A DNA stretch of 14,515 nucleotides from a virus. Its lineage: Duplodnaviria; Heunggongvirae; Uroviricota; Caudoviricetes. The position numbers and the translations under genes were made by a program. The notes under the pieces are model-generated. The model saw only the letters and a program-made list of their open reading frames with translations. It was not told the origin of the DNA and searched no databases. The DNA is taken from IMG/VR virus record IMGVR_UViG_2541047895_000006; one strand, written 5' to 3'. Of the stretch, positions 1 through 10,100 are shown one piece after another (position 1 is the stretch's first letter; each line of letters opens with the position of its first letter).

Positions 1-1284
1 CTACTTCTTCGCCTCTGCAACCACTTTGCTACCCACGCCGCGGTTATTGTATTCCCACATGCGGTTGTAGTTAGTGTCATTCAGATTGCGCTGTACTTCG
101 TCGTTATCATCAACGCTGCCGGTGTTACCCGCAAATGGACGATTAGAGATCACCGCATCAGCCCACGGTTTGGCTGTGTTAAAACCTTCGTTGATGGCGC
201 TATCACGGATCACTACCTGACCGTTGGTATTGGCATCAACATCCAGCGAGCGGCCCAGTTGCGCCACGCCATCACCGGAAGCATTGAAACGGCTGTTTAC
301 GGCGAGGAAACCGTAGTAAATGTTGGACAGCGTAGCCGGTGCAAACACATACGCTTCTTGCTGGGTACGGGAGTTCACCACGCGGAATTCGGTGTTATCG
401 AACACCACTGCGCCGCGACCAGAAACGATATCCACATCCCCTTCAATATAGCTGTTGGTCACCAGCGTACGCGGCTGACGATTCGTTTCCAGACGGTTCT
501 GCACACCGCTGTTGGTGACAAAGAAGGTGTTCTGACGACCGAGAATGTTGACGTTATTGATCTGCACTTTGTCGCCATCAGTACGCAGTGCCACCGCCGG
601 ATGGTTACCCGCATCTACGCTATCGCCCAGCGTGTTTTCGATGGTCAGGTTTTGCAGTTGCAGGCCATTGTTTTGTGACCAGAAGACCGCAGAGCAGAGA
701 ACACCGATACTGTCGCTGCGTTTACTCTGGCAGCTATCGTACATATACCACGCCGGTTTACCTGGCATATATTTGCCGCGCGGGTTGACGTCGTGACGCC
801 AGTCGGCAGGGCTCATGCCACCATCAAGGGAAAGCCCAATCTTCACATCAATCGGTTTTTCACCTGTACCGTATAGAGTAATTCCACCCGGAGCGGCAGG
901 GACATACACCGTTCCCTGATACTCACCAGGCATCACGGCAATATACTGGCGCTTGTTGGTACGCTTGATAATTGCCGCATCTACCGCCGCCTGAATCGTG
1001 GTATGCGTTACACCTTGAGTACCCGCCGGGCCGACAACAAAGTCAGGTTGCGCAGGCAGGGTAATCGGGGAAGGATTCCACGCTGCCGCACCTGGTGTCA
1101 GGGATGCAAAATAGTGTTGAGCATCGAAATTCTGCGCTTCTTTTGCCGACAGAATCGGGCGAGAAGAGGTACCAGGCGCGGTTTGATCAGAAGGACGTTG
1201 ATCGGGCGGTGTTGAGCTACAGGCGGTCAGCGTCACGCCAAAAGCCAATGTCAGCGCCAGACGGGAAACTGAAAATGTGTTCAC
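1..1284 (-). CDS. ybhC: Host outer-membrane lipoprotein YbhC (pectinesterase-fold putative esterase), complete 427 aa
   Basis: Full ORF with stop at 1-3. N-terminus MNTFSVSRLALTLAFGVTLTAC has a signal peptide and lipobox (LTAC). ybhC is the gene flanking attB-lambda on the gal side in E. coli. Confidence 0.85.
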   Translation of the reverse strand: MNTFSVSRLALTLAFGVTLTACSSTPPDQRPSDQTAPGTSSRPILSAKEAQNFDAQHYFASLTPGAAAWNPSPITLPAQPDFVVGPAGTQGVTHTTIQAAVDAAIIKRTNKRQYIAVMPGEYQGTVYVPAAPGGITLYGTGEKPIDVKIGLSLDGGMSPADWRHDVNPRGKYMPGKPAWYMYDSCQSKRSDSIGVLCSAVFWSQNNGLQLQNLTIENTLGDSVDAGNHPAVALRTDGDKVQINNVNILGRQNTFFVTNSGVQNRLETNRQPRTLVTNSYIEGDVDIVSGRGAVVFDNTEFRVVNSRTQQEAYVFAPATLSNIYYGFLAVNSRFNASGDGVAQLGRSLDVDANTNGQVVIRDSAINEGFNTAKPWADAVISNRPFAGNTGSVDDNDEVQRNLNDTNYNRMWEYNNRGVGSKVVAEAKK

Positions 1285-1330
1285 AGGTTGCTCCGGGCTA
1301 TGAAATAGAAAAATGAATCCGTTGAAGCCT

Positions 1331-1345
1331 GCTTTTTTATACTAA
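1331..1345. other. attL: attL core (O) of lambda-type site-specific recombination; host B arm to the left, phage P' arm to the right
   Basis: Exact 15-bp lambda att core GCTTTTTTATACTAA. Left flank tgaagcct matches the attB B arm; right flank gttggcattataaaaaagcattgcttatcaatttgttgcaacgaacaggtcactatcagtcaaaataaaatcattatttg matches the lambda P' arm. Confidence 0.92.
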
Positions 1346-1418
1346 GTTGGCATTATAAAAAAGCATTGCTTATCAATTTGTTGCAACGAACAGGTCACTA
1401 TCAGTCAAAATAAAATCA
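1346..1418. promoter_or_regulatory. P' arm of attL (Int arm-type and IHF binding region)
   Basis: Sequence between the core and the int stop matches the lambda P' arm as recalled. Individual P'1-3 and H' sites were not mapped base by base. Confidence 0.6.
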
Positions 1419-2489
1419 TTATTTGATTTCAATTTTGTCCCACTCCCTGCCTCTGTCATCACGATACTGTGATGCCATGGTGTCCGACTTATGCCCGAGA
1501 AGATGTTGAGCAAACTTATCGCTTATCTGCTTCTCATAGAGTCTTGCAGACAAACTGCGCAACTCGTGAAAGGTAGGCGGATCCCCTTCGAAGGAAAGAC
1601 CTGATGCTTTTCGTGCGCGCATAAAATACCTTGATACTGTGCCGGATGAAAGCGGTTCACGACGAGTAGATGCAATTATGGTTTCTCCGCCAAGAATCTC
1701 TTTGCATTTATCAAGTGTTTCCTTCATTGATATCCCGAGAGCATCAACATGCAATGTTGTAGGGATGGCAATTTTTACGCCTGTTTTGCTTTGTTCGACA
1801 TAAAGATATCCATCTACGATATCAGACCACTTCATTTCGCATAAATCACCAACTCGCTGCCCGGTAACAACAGCCAGTTCCATTGCAAGTCTGAGCCAAC
1901 ATGGTGATGATTCTGCTGCTTGATAAATTTTCAGGTATTCGTCAGCCGTAAGTCTTGATCTCCTTACCTCTGATTTTGCTGCGCGAGTGGCAGCGACCGG
2001 GTTTGTTGTTATATGGCCTTCAGCTATTGCCTCTCGGAATGCATCGCTCAGTGTTGATCTGATTAACTTGGCTGACGCCGCCTTGCCCTCGTCTATGTAT
2101 CCATTGAGCATTGCCGCAATTTCTTTTGTGGTGATGTCTTCAAGTGGAGCATCAGGCAGCCCCCTCCTTATTGCTTTAATTTTGCTCATGTAATTTATGA
2201 GTGTCTTCTGCTTGATTCCTCTGCTGGCGAGGATTTTTTCGTAGCGATCAAGCCATGAATGTAACGTAACAGAATTATCACTGTTGATTCTCGCTGTCAG
2301 AGGCTTGTGTTTGTGTCCTGAAAATAACTCAATATTGGCCTGTATTGCTTCAGTGATTGCTATCCTCCTGTCTCGGCCTAAACCAAACTCTTTACCCGTC
2401 CTTGGGTCCCTGTAGCAGTAATATCCATTGTTTCTTATATAAAGGTTAGGGGGTAAATCCCGGCGCTCATGACTTCGCCTTCTTCCCAT
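1419..2489 (-). CDS. int: Lambda integrase (tyrosine recombinase), 356 aa
   Basis: ORF translation MGRRRSHERRDLPPNLYIRNNGYYCYRDPRTGKEFGLGRDRRIAITEAIQ... matches lambda Int along its full length, including the C-terminal catalytic region (HELRSLSARLY...GHKSDTMASQY). Sits next to attL and overlaps xis by 23 nt as in lambda. Confidence 0.97.
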   Translation of the reverse strand: MGRRRSHERRDLPPNLYIRNNGYYCYRDPRTGKEFGLGRDRRIAITEAIQANIELFSGHKHKPLTARINSDNSVTLHSWLDRYEKILASRGIKQKTLINYMSKIKAIRRGLPDAPLEDITTKEIAAMLNGYIDEGKAASAKLIRSTLSDAFREAIAEGHITTNPVAATRAAKSEVRRSRLTADEYLKIYQAAESSPCWLRLAMELAVVTGQRVGDLCEMKWSDIVDGYLYVEQSKTGVKIAIPTTLHVDALGISMKETLDKCKEILGGETIIASTRREPLSSGTVSRYFMRARKASGLSFEGDPPTFHELRSLSARLYEKQISDKFAQHLLGHKSDTMASQYRDDRGREWDKIEIK

Positions 2490-2685
2490 TTCTGATCCTC
2501 TTCAAAAGGCTACCTGTTACTGGTCGATTTAAGTCAACCTTTACCGCTGATTCGTGGAACAGATACTCTCTTCCATCCTTAACCGGAGGAGGGAATATCC
2601 TGCATTTGCGCACCCATCGACGAACTGTTTCAAGGCTTCTTGGGCGTCGCTGGCGTGCGTTCCACTCCTGAAGTGTCAAGTACAT
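2467..2685 (-). CDS. xis: Lambda excisionase, 72 aa
   Basis: MYLTLQEWNARQRRPRSLETVRRWVRKCRIFPPPVKDGREYLFHESAVKVDLNRPVTGSLLKRIRNGKKAKS matches lambda Xis; overlaps the int start. Confidence 0.95.
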   Translation of the reverse strand: MYLTLQEWNARQRRPRSLETVRRWVRKCRIFPPPVKDGREYLFHESAVKVDLNRPVTGSLLKRIRNGKKAKS

Positions 2686-2710
2686 CGCAAAGTCTCCGCA
2701 ATTACACGCA

Positions 2711-2733
2711 AGAAAAAGCCGCCATCAGGCGGC
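2711..2733 (-). terminator. Intrinsic-terminator-like hairpin on the minus strand between the 55-aa ORF and xis
   Basis: Stem GCCGCC (2718-2723) / GGCGGC (2728-2733) with a 4-nt loop; the A-run at 2712-2717 on plus gives a U-run after the hairpin on the minus strand. The loop contains the stop codon of the upstream ORF. Confidence 0.4.
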
Positions 2734-2892
2734 TTGGTGTTCTTTCAGTTCTTCAATTCGAATATTGGTTATGTCTGCATGTGCTATCTGCGCCCATATC
2801 ATCCAGTGGTCATAGCAGTCATTGATGTTCTCTGCTTCGATAACTCTGTTGAATGGTTCTCCATTCCATTCACCTGTGACTCGGAAGTGCAT
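2725..2892 (-). CDS. Small hypothetical protein (55 aa) upstream of xis in the pL operon
   Basis: Minus-strand ORF ATG at 2892 to TGA at 2725, translating MHFRVTGEWNGEPFNRVIEAENINDCYDHWMIWAQIAHADITNIREELKEHQAA. Below the 60-aa cutoff of the supplied track. Position corresponds to the small ORF lambda carries between xis and ea8.5. Confidence 0.55.
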   Translation of the reverse strand: MHFRVTGEWNGEPFNRVIEAENINDCYDHWMIWAQIAHADITNIRIEELKEHQAA

Positions 2893-3134
2893 TTATCATC
2901 TCCATAAAACAAAACCCGCCGTAGCGAGTTCAGATAAAAGAAATCCTCGTCAGTGCGAGGATGCTGTTCATTGCTGCTATACACTTTTTTGCTCTCAACG
3001 TAAGCGGTAGCTCATTCTGTTGGGTTGGTGCAGTTGCTTTTAGGAAATGCTATTTACCCCTTAAACGTCGGCTGAAAGAGCTAAAATCCATGCAAAAAAT
3101 TTACGCAATTTTGTGTATTATTGTGCAGTAAGTA

Positions 3135-3563
3135 ATGAGCTATTTTCTGCGCAAAAAATGGATGGTAAATTTGTCCGGGGCAGGAAAAATTTTATGGGCG
3201 CTAAACATGAAAAAAGATTCGTATCCTTATTTGATTTGCATGACAGTTTCAGGCCTGATCTTTATTTTCCTTTTCTTCTGGTGGCGGGCAGATATTTACA
3301 GGGTCACGTTTCTTAATCAGAGTATATCCCACTATTACATTCTGTTTAGCATGGGAATAGCTTTTCTGTTATCTCTGTTTTGGGTTAAGAAGGGGATAGT
3401 AAAACAAAGCGGCTGGAAGAGTCTGTCAGCATACCTTAAGGTTTATGCAGGGATGTGCATATTTGCTGGATTTTTTCTGATTATACCCCTTACAACACTA
3501 ACTTATTTTTTTGCCTGGAGAGACATCGTCTTATGTTGCACCGTATCGGTATACTTCCGGTAG
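3135..3563 (+). CDS. Hypothetical small membrane protein (about 119-142 aa, about 3 predicted TM helices); start uncertain (ATG 3135 or ATG 3206)
   Basis: Longest ORF in the AT-rich insert, with hydrophobic stretches YLICMTVSGLIFIFLFFWW, YYILFSMGIAFLLSLFWV and CIFAGFFLIIPLTTLTYFFAW. No convincing Shine-Dalgarno at either start; AT-rich DNA readily produces spurious hydrophobic ORFs, hence moderate-to-low confidence. Confidence 0.4.
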   Translation: MSYFLRKKWMVNLSGAGKILWALNMKKDSYPYLICMTVSGLIFIFLFFWWRADIYRVTFLNQSISHYYILFSMGIAFLLSLFWVKKGIVKQSGWKSLSAYLKVYAGMCIFAGFFLIIPLTTLTYFFAWRDIVLCCTVSVYFR

Positions 3564-3588
3564 TTCAAAAAGTTGTTCTGGAGCTGAG

Positions 3589-3738
3589 GTGGATGACCCC
3601 GATCTACATGAGAATATTCGCATTTGCTATCCGTATGGCAATTATGAGTACGATAATATTATCTATGTTGAAAAGAAAATTAATACATTAGGTGCGGTAG
3701 TAACATATGCACAGACCGCGCGTGATGATACTGAATGA
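3589..3738 (+). CDS. Hypothetical small ORF downstream of the membrane-protein ORF (49 aa from GTG 3589; alternative 32-aa hydrophobic peptide ATG 3593-3691 in another frame)
   Basis: GGAG at 3580-3583 sits 5 nt before GTG 3589 and 9 nt before ATG 3593. The 3593 frame encodes MTPIYMRIFAFAIRMAIMSTIILSMLKRKLIH. The frame cannot be resolved by eye. Confidence 0.2.
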   Translation: MDDPDLHENIRICYPYGNYEYDNIIYVEKKINTLGAVVTYAQTARDDTE

Positions 3739-3772
3739 GATAGTATATAGCGGGCAAGTTTTAGTTAATTTA

Positions 3773-3796
3773 TCGAGGTAATATAATTTACCTCGA
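3773..3796. terminator. Perfect 9-bp stem-loop downstream of the plus-strand cargo ORFs (possible terminator)
   Basis: TCGAGGTAA (3773-3781), loop TATAAT, TTACCTCGA (3788-3796). Followed on plus by ctcgtttatt, a weak U-run. Confidence 0.35.
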
Positions 3797-3948
3797 CTCG
3801 TTTATTCTGGTATTAATATTTCGCTTTACGATCGATTTTTATCTGATGATATCATGCGGTTTTCATATACTGACTTACTGTCTTTTCTCCGTTAGCGATT
3901 TTCTCCTGCTCAGCGATGATTTTATCTTTGGCTTCTAGTTAATTTCGC

Positions 3949-5344
<1,396 letters not shown>

Positions 5345-5413
5345 AGCACCTGTGTTGTTCTGAGGTGAGCATATCACCTCTGTTCAGGTGGCCAAATTCA
5401 GTGTGCCACTACA

Positions 5414-5416
5414 GTC
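5414..5416. repeat. Target-site duplication (GTC), left-hand copy flanking the IS
   Basis: See the IS feature; this copy also encodes Asp3 of the pre-insertion orf73. Confidence 0.8.
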
Positions 5417-5477
5417 TGCCATCTTCCATTAATCCCTGAATTGTTGGTTAATACGCTTGAGGGTGAATGCGAACAAT

Positions 5478-5498
5478 AAAAAAGGAGCCTGTAGCTCC
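5478..5498 (-). terminator. Intrinsic-terminator-like hairpin on the minus strand between the orf61-region gene and native orf73 start
   Basis: GGAGC (5484-5488), loop, GCTCC (5494-5498), preceded on plus by AAAAAA (5478-5483), giving a U-run after the hairpin on the minus strand. Confidence 0.45.
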
Positions 5499-5520
5499 CT
5501 GATGATTTTGCTTTTCATGC

Positions 5521-5736
5521 TCACCGTTCCTTAAAGACGCCGTTTAACATGCCGATCGCCAGGCTTAAATGAGTCGGTGTGAATCCCATCAGCGTTACCG
5601 TTTCGCGGTGCTTCTTCAGTACGCTACGGCAAATGTCATCGACGTTTTTATCCGGAAACTGCTGTCTGGCTTTTTTGATTTCAGAATTAGCCTGACGGGC
5701 AATACTGCGAAGGGCGTTTTCTTGCTGAGGTGTCAT
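5521..5736 (-). CDS. Hypothetical lambda early-left protein (71 aa from MTPQQ; ORF extends in-frame upstream to 5802)
   Basis: ORF in the position of lambda orf61. The ATG at 5736 overlaps the TGA of the upstream micro-ORF (ATGA). Start choice is uncertain. Confidence 0.5.
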   Translation of the reverse strand: MTPQQENALRSIARQANSEIKKARQQFPDKNVDDICRSVLKKHRETVTLMGFTPTHLSLAIGMLNGVFKER

Positions 5737-5816
5737 TGAACAAGTCCCATGTCGGCAAGCATAAGCACACAGAATATGAAGCCCGCTGCCAGAAAAATGC
5801 ATTCAGTGGTTGTCAT
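5733..5816 (-). CDS. Possible 27-aa hydrophobic micro-ORF translationally coupled (ATGA overlaps) between orf63 and the downstream gene
   Basis: ATG at 5816-5814 overlaps the orf63 stop (5815-5813); translation MTTTECIFLAAGFIFCVLMLADMGLVQ; its TGA overlaps the next ATG. Could simply be the 5' extension region of the 5521-5802 frame set. Confidence 0.25.
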   Translation of the reverse strand: MTTTECIFLAAGFIFCVLMLADMGLVQ

Positions 5817-6004
5817 ACCAGGTCTCTCTCATCTGCTTCTGCTTTCGCCACCATCATTTCCAGCTTTTGCGAAAGGGATGTGGCTAACGTATGAAATTCT
5901 TCGTCTGTTTCTACTGGTATTGGCACAAACCTGACTCCAATTTGAGCAAGGCTATGTGCCATCTCAATACTCGTTCTTAACTCAACAGGAGATGCTTTGT
6001 GCAT
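5813..6004 (-). CDS. Lambda orf63-like small protein (63 aa)
   Basis: 63-aa ORF in the position between orf60a and orf61, overlapping orf60a at its 5' end as in lambda. Confidence 0.7.
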   Translation of the reverse strand: MHKASPVELRTSIEMAHSLAQIGVRFVPIPVETDEEFHTLATSLSQKLEMMVAKAEADERDLV

Positions 6005-6159
6005 ATCGCCTCCCGTTTATTATTTATCTCCTCAGCCAGCCGCTGGGCTTTCAGTGGATTTTGGATAACAGAAAGGCCGGGAAATACCCAGCCTCGCTTT
6101 GTAACGGAGTAGACGAAAGTGATCGCACCTACCCGGATATTATCGTGAGGATGCGTCAT
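5977..6159 (-). CDS. Lambda orf60a-like small protein (60 aa from MTHPHDN)
   Basis: ATG at 6159 overlaps the exo stop (ATGA), matching the 4-nt exo/orf60a overlap recalled for lambda; 60 codons plus stop. Confidence 0.7.
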   Translation of the reverse strand: MTHPHDNIRVGAITFVYSVTKRGWVFPGLSVIQNPLKAQRLAEEINNKREAICTKHLLLS

Positions 6160-6836
6160 CGCCATTGCTCCCCAAATACAAAACCAATTTCAGCCAGTGC
6201 CTCGTCCATTTTTTCGATGAACTCCGGCACCATCTCGTCAAAACTCGCCATGTAATTTTCATCCCGCTCAACCACGACATAATGCAGGCCTTCACGCTTC
6301 ATTCGTGGGTCATAGTTGGCAAAGTACCAGGCATCTTTTCGCGTCACCCACATGCTGTACTGCACCTGGGCCATGTAAGCCGACTTTATGGCCTCGAAAC
6401 CACCGAGCCGGAATTTCATGAAATCCCGGGAGGTAAACGGGCATTTCAGTTCAAGGCCGTTGCCGTCACTGCATAAACCATCGGGAGAGCAGGCGGTGCG
6501 CATACTTTCGTCGCGATAGATGATCGGGGATTCAGTAACATTCACGCCGGAAGTGAACTCAAAGAGGGCTCTGGCGTCGTTCTCGTACTGTTTTCCCCAG
6601 GCCAGCGCCTTAGCGTTAACTTCCGGAGCCACACCGGTGCAAACCTCGGCAAGCAGGGTGTGGAAGTAGGACATTTTCATGTCAGGCCATTTCTTTCCGG
6701 AGCGGGGTTTTGCTATCACATTGTGAACTTCTGAAGCGGTGATGACGCCGAGCCGTAATTTGTGCCACGCATCATCCCCCTGTTCGACAGCTCTCACGTC
6801 GATTCCGGTACGCTGCAGGATAATGTCCGGTGTCAT
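6156..6836 (-). CDS. exo: Lambda exonuclease (Red-alpha), 226 aa
   Basis: [65 protein letters not shown]... matches lambda Exo; start overlaps the bet stop. Confidence 0.97.
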   Translation of the reverse strand: MTPDIILQRTGIDVRAVEQGDDAWHKLRLGVITASEVHNVIAKPRSGKKWPDMKMSYFHTLLAEVCTGVAPEVNAKALAWGKQYENDARALFEFTSGVNVTESPIIYRDESMRTACSPDGLCSDGNGLELKCPFTSRDFMKFRLGGFEAIKSAYMAQVQYSMWVTRKDAWYFANYDPRMKREGLHYVVVERDENYMASFDEMVPEFIEKMDEALAEIGFVFGEQWR

Positions 6837-7618
6837 ACAGCCACCTTCTGTTCAGAGGCTTTCTGTTTCAGGAATCCAAGAGCTTTCATTGCTTCTGCCT
6901 GTGTCAGTTCTGACGATGCGCGAATGTCGCGGCGAAATATCTGGGAACAGAGCGGCAATAAGTCGTCATCCCATGTTTTGTCCAGGGCAATCAGCAGAGT
7001 GTTAATCTCCTGCATGGTTTCATCGTTAACCGGAGTGATGTCGCGTTCCGGCTGGCGTTCTGCAGTGTATGCAGTATTTTCGACAATGCGCTCGGCTTCA
7101 TCCTTGTCATAGATACCAGCAAATCCGAAGGCCAGACGGGCACACTGAATCATAGCTTTATGCCGTAACATCCGTTTAGGATGCGACTGCCACGGCCCCG
7201 TGATTTCTCTGCCTTCGCGGGTTTTGAATGGTTCGCGGCGGCATTCATCCATCCATTCGGTAACGCAGATCGGATGATTACGGTCCTTGCGGTAAATCCG
7301 GCATGTACAGGATTCATTGTCCTGCTCAAAGTCCATGCCATCAAACTGCTGGTTTTCATTGATGATGCGGGACCAGCCATCAACGCCCACCACCGGAACG
7401 ATGCCGTTCTGCTTATCAGGGAAGGCGTAAATTTCTTTCGTCCACGGATTAAGGCCGTACTGGTTGGCGACGATCAACAATGCGATGAACTGCGCATCGC
7501 TGGCATCGCCTTTAAATGCCGTCTGGCGAAGAGTGGTGATCAGTTCCTGTGGGTCGACAGAATCCATGCCGACACGTTCAGCCAGCTTCCCTGCCAGCGT
7601 TGCGAGTGCTGTACTCAT
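6833..7618 (-). CDS. bet: Lambda Bet (Red-beta single-strand annealing protein), 261 aa
   Basis: [66 protein letters not shown]... matches lambda Bet. Confidence 0.97.
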   Translation of the reverse strand: MSTALATLAGKLAERVGMDSVDPQELITTLRQTAFKGDASDAQFIALLIVANQYGLNPWTKEIYAFPDKQNGIVPVVGVDGWSRIINENQQFDGMDFEQDNESCTCRIYRKDRNHPICVTEWMDECRREPFKTREGREITGPWQSHPKRMLRHKAMIQCARLAFGFAGIYDKDEAERIVENTAYTAERQPERDITPVNDETMQEINTLLIALDKTWDDDLLPLCSQIFRRDIRASSELTQAEAMKALGFLKQKASEQKVAV

Positions 7619-7623
7619 CCGTT

Positions 7624-8040
7624 TTATACCTCTGAATCAATATCAACCTGATGGTGAGCAATGGTTTCAACCATGTACCGGATGTGTTCTGCCATGCGCT
7701 CCTGAAACTCAACATCGTCATCAAACGCACGGGTAATGGCTTTTTTGCTGGCCCCGTGGCGTTGCAAATGACCGATGCATAGCGATTCAAACAGGTGCTG
7801 GGGCAGGCCTTTTTCCATGTCGTCTGCCAGTTCTGCCTCTTTCTCTTCACGGGCTATCTGCTGGTAGTGACGCGCCCAGCTCTGAGCCTCAAGACGATCC
7901 TGAATGTAATAAGCGTTCATGGCCGAACTCCTGAAATAGCTGTGAAAATATCGCCCGCGAAATGCCGGGCTGATTAGGAAAACAGGAAAGGGGGTTAGTG
8001 AATGCTTTTGCTTGATCTCAGTTTCAGTATTAATATCCAT
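7624..8040 (-). CDS. gam: Lambda Gam (RecBCD inhibitor), 138 aa
   Basis: [79 protein letters not shown]... matches lambda Gam; 46-nt overlap with kil as in lambda. Confidence 0.95.
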   Translation of the reverse strand: MDINTETEIKQKHSLTPFPVFLISPAFRGRYFHSYFRSSAMNAYYIQDRLEAQSWARHYQQIAREEKEAELADDMEKGLPQHLFESLCIGHLQRHGASKKAITRAFDDDVEFQERMAEHIRYMVETIAHHQVDIDSEV

Positions 8041-8138
8041 TTTTTATAAGCGTCGACGGCCTCACGAAACATCTTTTCATCGCCAATAAAAGTGGCGATA
8101 GTGAATTTAGTCTGGATAGCCATAATTGTTTGATCCAT
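7995..8138 (-). CDS. kil: Lambda Kil (FtsZ-targeting host-killing protein), 47 aa
   Basis: [47 protein letters not shown], between cIII and gam, overlapping both. Confidence 0.8.
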   Translation of the reverse strand: MDQTIMAIQTKFTIATFIGDEKMFREAVDAYKKWILILKLRSSKSIH

Positions 8139-8271
8139 TTTTTGGGACTCCTGGCTGATTAAGTATGTCGATAAGGCGTTTCCATCCGTCACGTAATTTA
8201 CGGGTGATTCGTTCAAGTAAAGATTCGGAAGGGCAGCCAGCAACAGGCCACCCTGCAATGGCATATTGCAT
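8107..8271 (-). CDS. cIII: Lambda CIII (FtsH/HflB inhibitor), 54 aa
   Basis: Translated by hand from the minus strand: [54 protein letters not shown]. Below the track cutoff. Confidence 0.85.
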   Translation of the reverse strand: MQYAIAGWPVAGCPSESLLERITRKLRDGWKRLIDILNQPGVPKNGSNNYGYPD

Positions 8272-8343
8272 GGTGTGCTCCTTATTTATACATAACGAAA
8301 AACGCCTCGAGTGAAGCGTAATTGGTATGCGGTAACGCCGCGC

Positions 8344-8712
8344 TCAGGCGGCCTTGATAGTCATATCATCTGAATCAAATATTTCTGATGTATCGATATC
8401 GGTAATTCTTATTCCTTCACTACCATCCATTGGAGGCCATCCTTCCTGACCATTTCCATCATTCCAGTCAAACTCACACACAACACCATATGCATTTAAG
8501 TCGCTTGAAATTGCTATAAGCAGAGCATGTTGCGCCAGCATGATTAATACAGCATTTAATACAGAGCCGTGTTTATTGAGTCGGTATTCAGAGTCTGACC
8601 AGAAATTATTAATCTGGTGAAGTTTTTCCTCTGTCATTACGTCATGGTCGATTTCAATTTCTATTGATGCTTTCCAGTCGTAATCAATGATGTATTTTTT
8701 GATGTTTGACAT
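8344..8712 (-). CDS. ea10: Lambda Ea10 (ssb-like early protein), 122 aa
   Basis: MSNIKKYIIDYDWKASIEIEIDHDVMTEEKLHQINNFWSDSEYRLNKHGSVLNAVLIMLAQHALLIAISSDLNAYGVV... matches lambda Ea10 as recalled. Confidence 0.85.
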   Translation of the reverse strand: MSNIKKYIIDYDWKASIEIEIDHDVMTEEKLHQINNFWSDSEYRLNKHGSVLNAVLIMLAQHALLIAISSDLNAYGVVCEFDWNDGNGQEGWPPMDGSEGIRITDIDTSEIFDSDDMTIKAA

Positions 8713-8730
8713 CTATTCATATCCTCATAG

Positions 8731-8758
8731 ATAAAAAATCGCCCTCACACTGGAGGGC
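8731..8758 (-). terminator. Intrinsic-terminator-like hairpin on the minus strand just upstream of ea10
   Basis: GCCCTC (8741-8746), loop ACACTG, GAGGGC (8753-8758); A6 at 8733-8738 on plus gives a U-run after the hairpin on the minus strand. Confidence 0.5.
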
Positions 8759-8820
8759 AAAGAAGATTTCCAATAATCAGAACAAGTCGGCTCCTGTTTA
8801 GTTACGAGCGACATTGCTCC

Positions 8821-8848
8821 GTGTATTCACTCGTTGGAATGAATACAC
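8821..8848. repeat. Perfect 9-bp inverted repeat (GTGTATTCA-N10-TGAATACAC) upstream of the plus-strand cargo gene
   Basis: Read directly from the sequence; no adjoining U-run, so more likely a protein-binding or structural site than a terminator. Confidence 0.4.
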
Positions 8849-8881
8849 AGTGCAGTGTTTATTAGTATGCCTGTCTTTTAA

Positions 8882-9779
<898 letters not shown>

Positions 9780-9936
9780 CTGGATTCTCTTGTCAGTTAG
9801 CTTTGGTGGTGTGTGTGAGTCGTAGTCCTGAACGAAAACACCCCCGATTGGCTCATTTGCAGCTAATCCGGATTCGCACTTCCGGCCAATGCTTCGTTTC
9901 GTATCACACACCCCAAAGCCTTCTGCTTTGAATGCT

Positions 9937-9967
9937 GCCCTTCTTCAGGGCTTAATTTTTAAGAGCA
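9937..9967 (-). promoter_or_regulatory. nutL: nutL (boxB hairpin 9937-9951; boxA about 9953-9967)
   Basis: Minus strand reads TGCTCTTAAAAATTAA (boxA) followed by GCCCTGAAGAAGGGC (boxB stem-loop), between the pL promoter and N. Confidence 0.8.
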
Positions 9968-10006
9968 TCACCTTCATGGTGGTTAGTGCGTCCTGCTGAT
10001 GGCTAA

Positions 10007-10035
10007 ATAGTACGATTTGTACTTTATTGAGTCAA
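10007..10035 (-). promoter_or_regulatory. pL: pL-equivalent leftward early promoter (TTGACT-17-TACTAT)
   Basis: On the minus strand, -35 TTGACT (plus 10030-10035) and -10 TACTAT (plus 10007-10012) with a 17-nt spacer, about 40-70 nt upstream of nutL. Confidence 0.6.
10009..10023. promoter_or_regulatory. Candidate OL operator: palindrome AGTAC-N5-GTACT overlapping the pL -10
   Basis: AGTACGATTTGTACT is a perfect dyad; a related AGTAC-N5-GTATT lies over the pR -10 region (10889-10903). Sequence differs from the lambda OL/OR operators. Confidence 0.5.
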
Positions 10036-10100
10036 TACAAAATGTTCTAAATATAATTGGTTTTTTATAACGCTTTGTATTTAGTGGGTTTATATTTTGG

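Noticed and set aside
259-1316. Plus-strand ORFs (259-678, 545-796, 588-788, 1003-1215, 1095-1316) overlapping ybhC
   Set aside because: All lie antisense within the well-supported ybhC coding region, with no ribosome-binding sites or recognisable features; typical shadow ORFs of a GC-rich gene.
1987-2193. Plus-strand 68-aa ORF inside int
   Set aside because: Antisense to the integrase gene; no independent support.
2554-3010. Plus-strand ORFs (2554-2907, 2640-2825, 2822-3010) and minus-strand 2799-2984 overlapping xis and the 55-aa ORF
   Set aside because: They overlap better-supported minus-strand genes in other frames and show no start signals; treated as spurious.
5749-7651. Plus-strand ORFs and alternative-frame minus ORFs within the orf63/exo/bet region (for example 5956-6255, 6165-6476, 6739-7112, 7150-7383, 7181-7651)
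   Set aside because: Overlap the exo and bet coding sequences, which match lambda proteins along their full length; no support for overlapping genes.
7464-7977. ORFs 7464-7736, 7578-7850 and 7795-7977 overlapping gam and bet
   Set aside because: Alternative-frame or antisense ORFs inside well-supported genes.
7995-8264. 89-aa minus-strand ORF as a single gene
   Set aside because: It is an in-frame upstream extension of kil running through the cIII region in another frame; the lambda-like kil (47 aa from MDQTIMAIQ) and cIII (separate frame, hand-translated) explain the region better.
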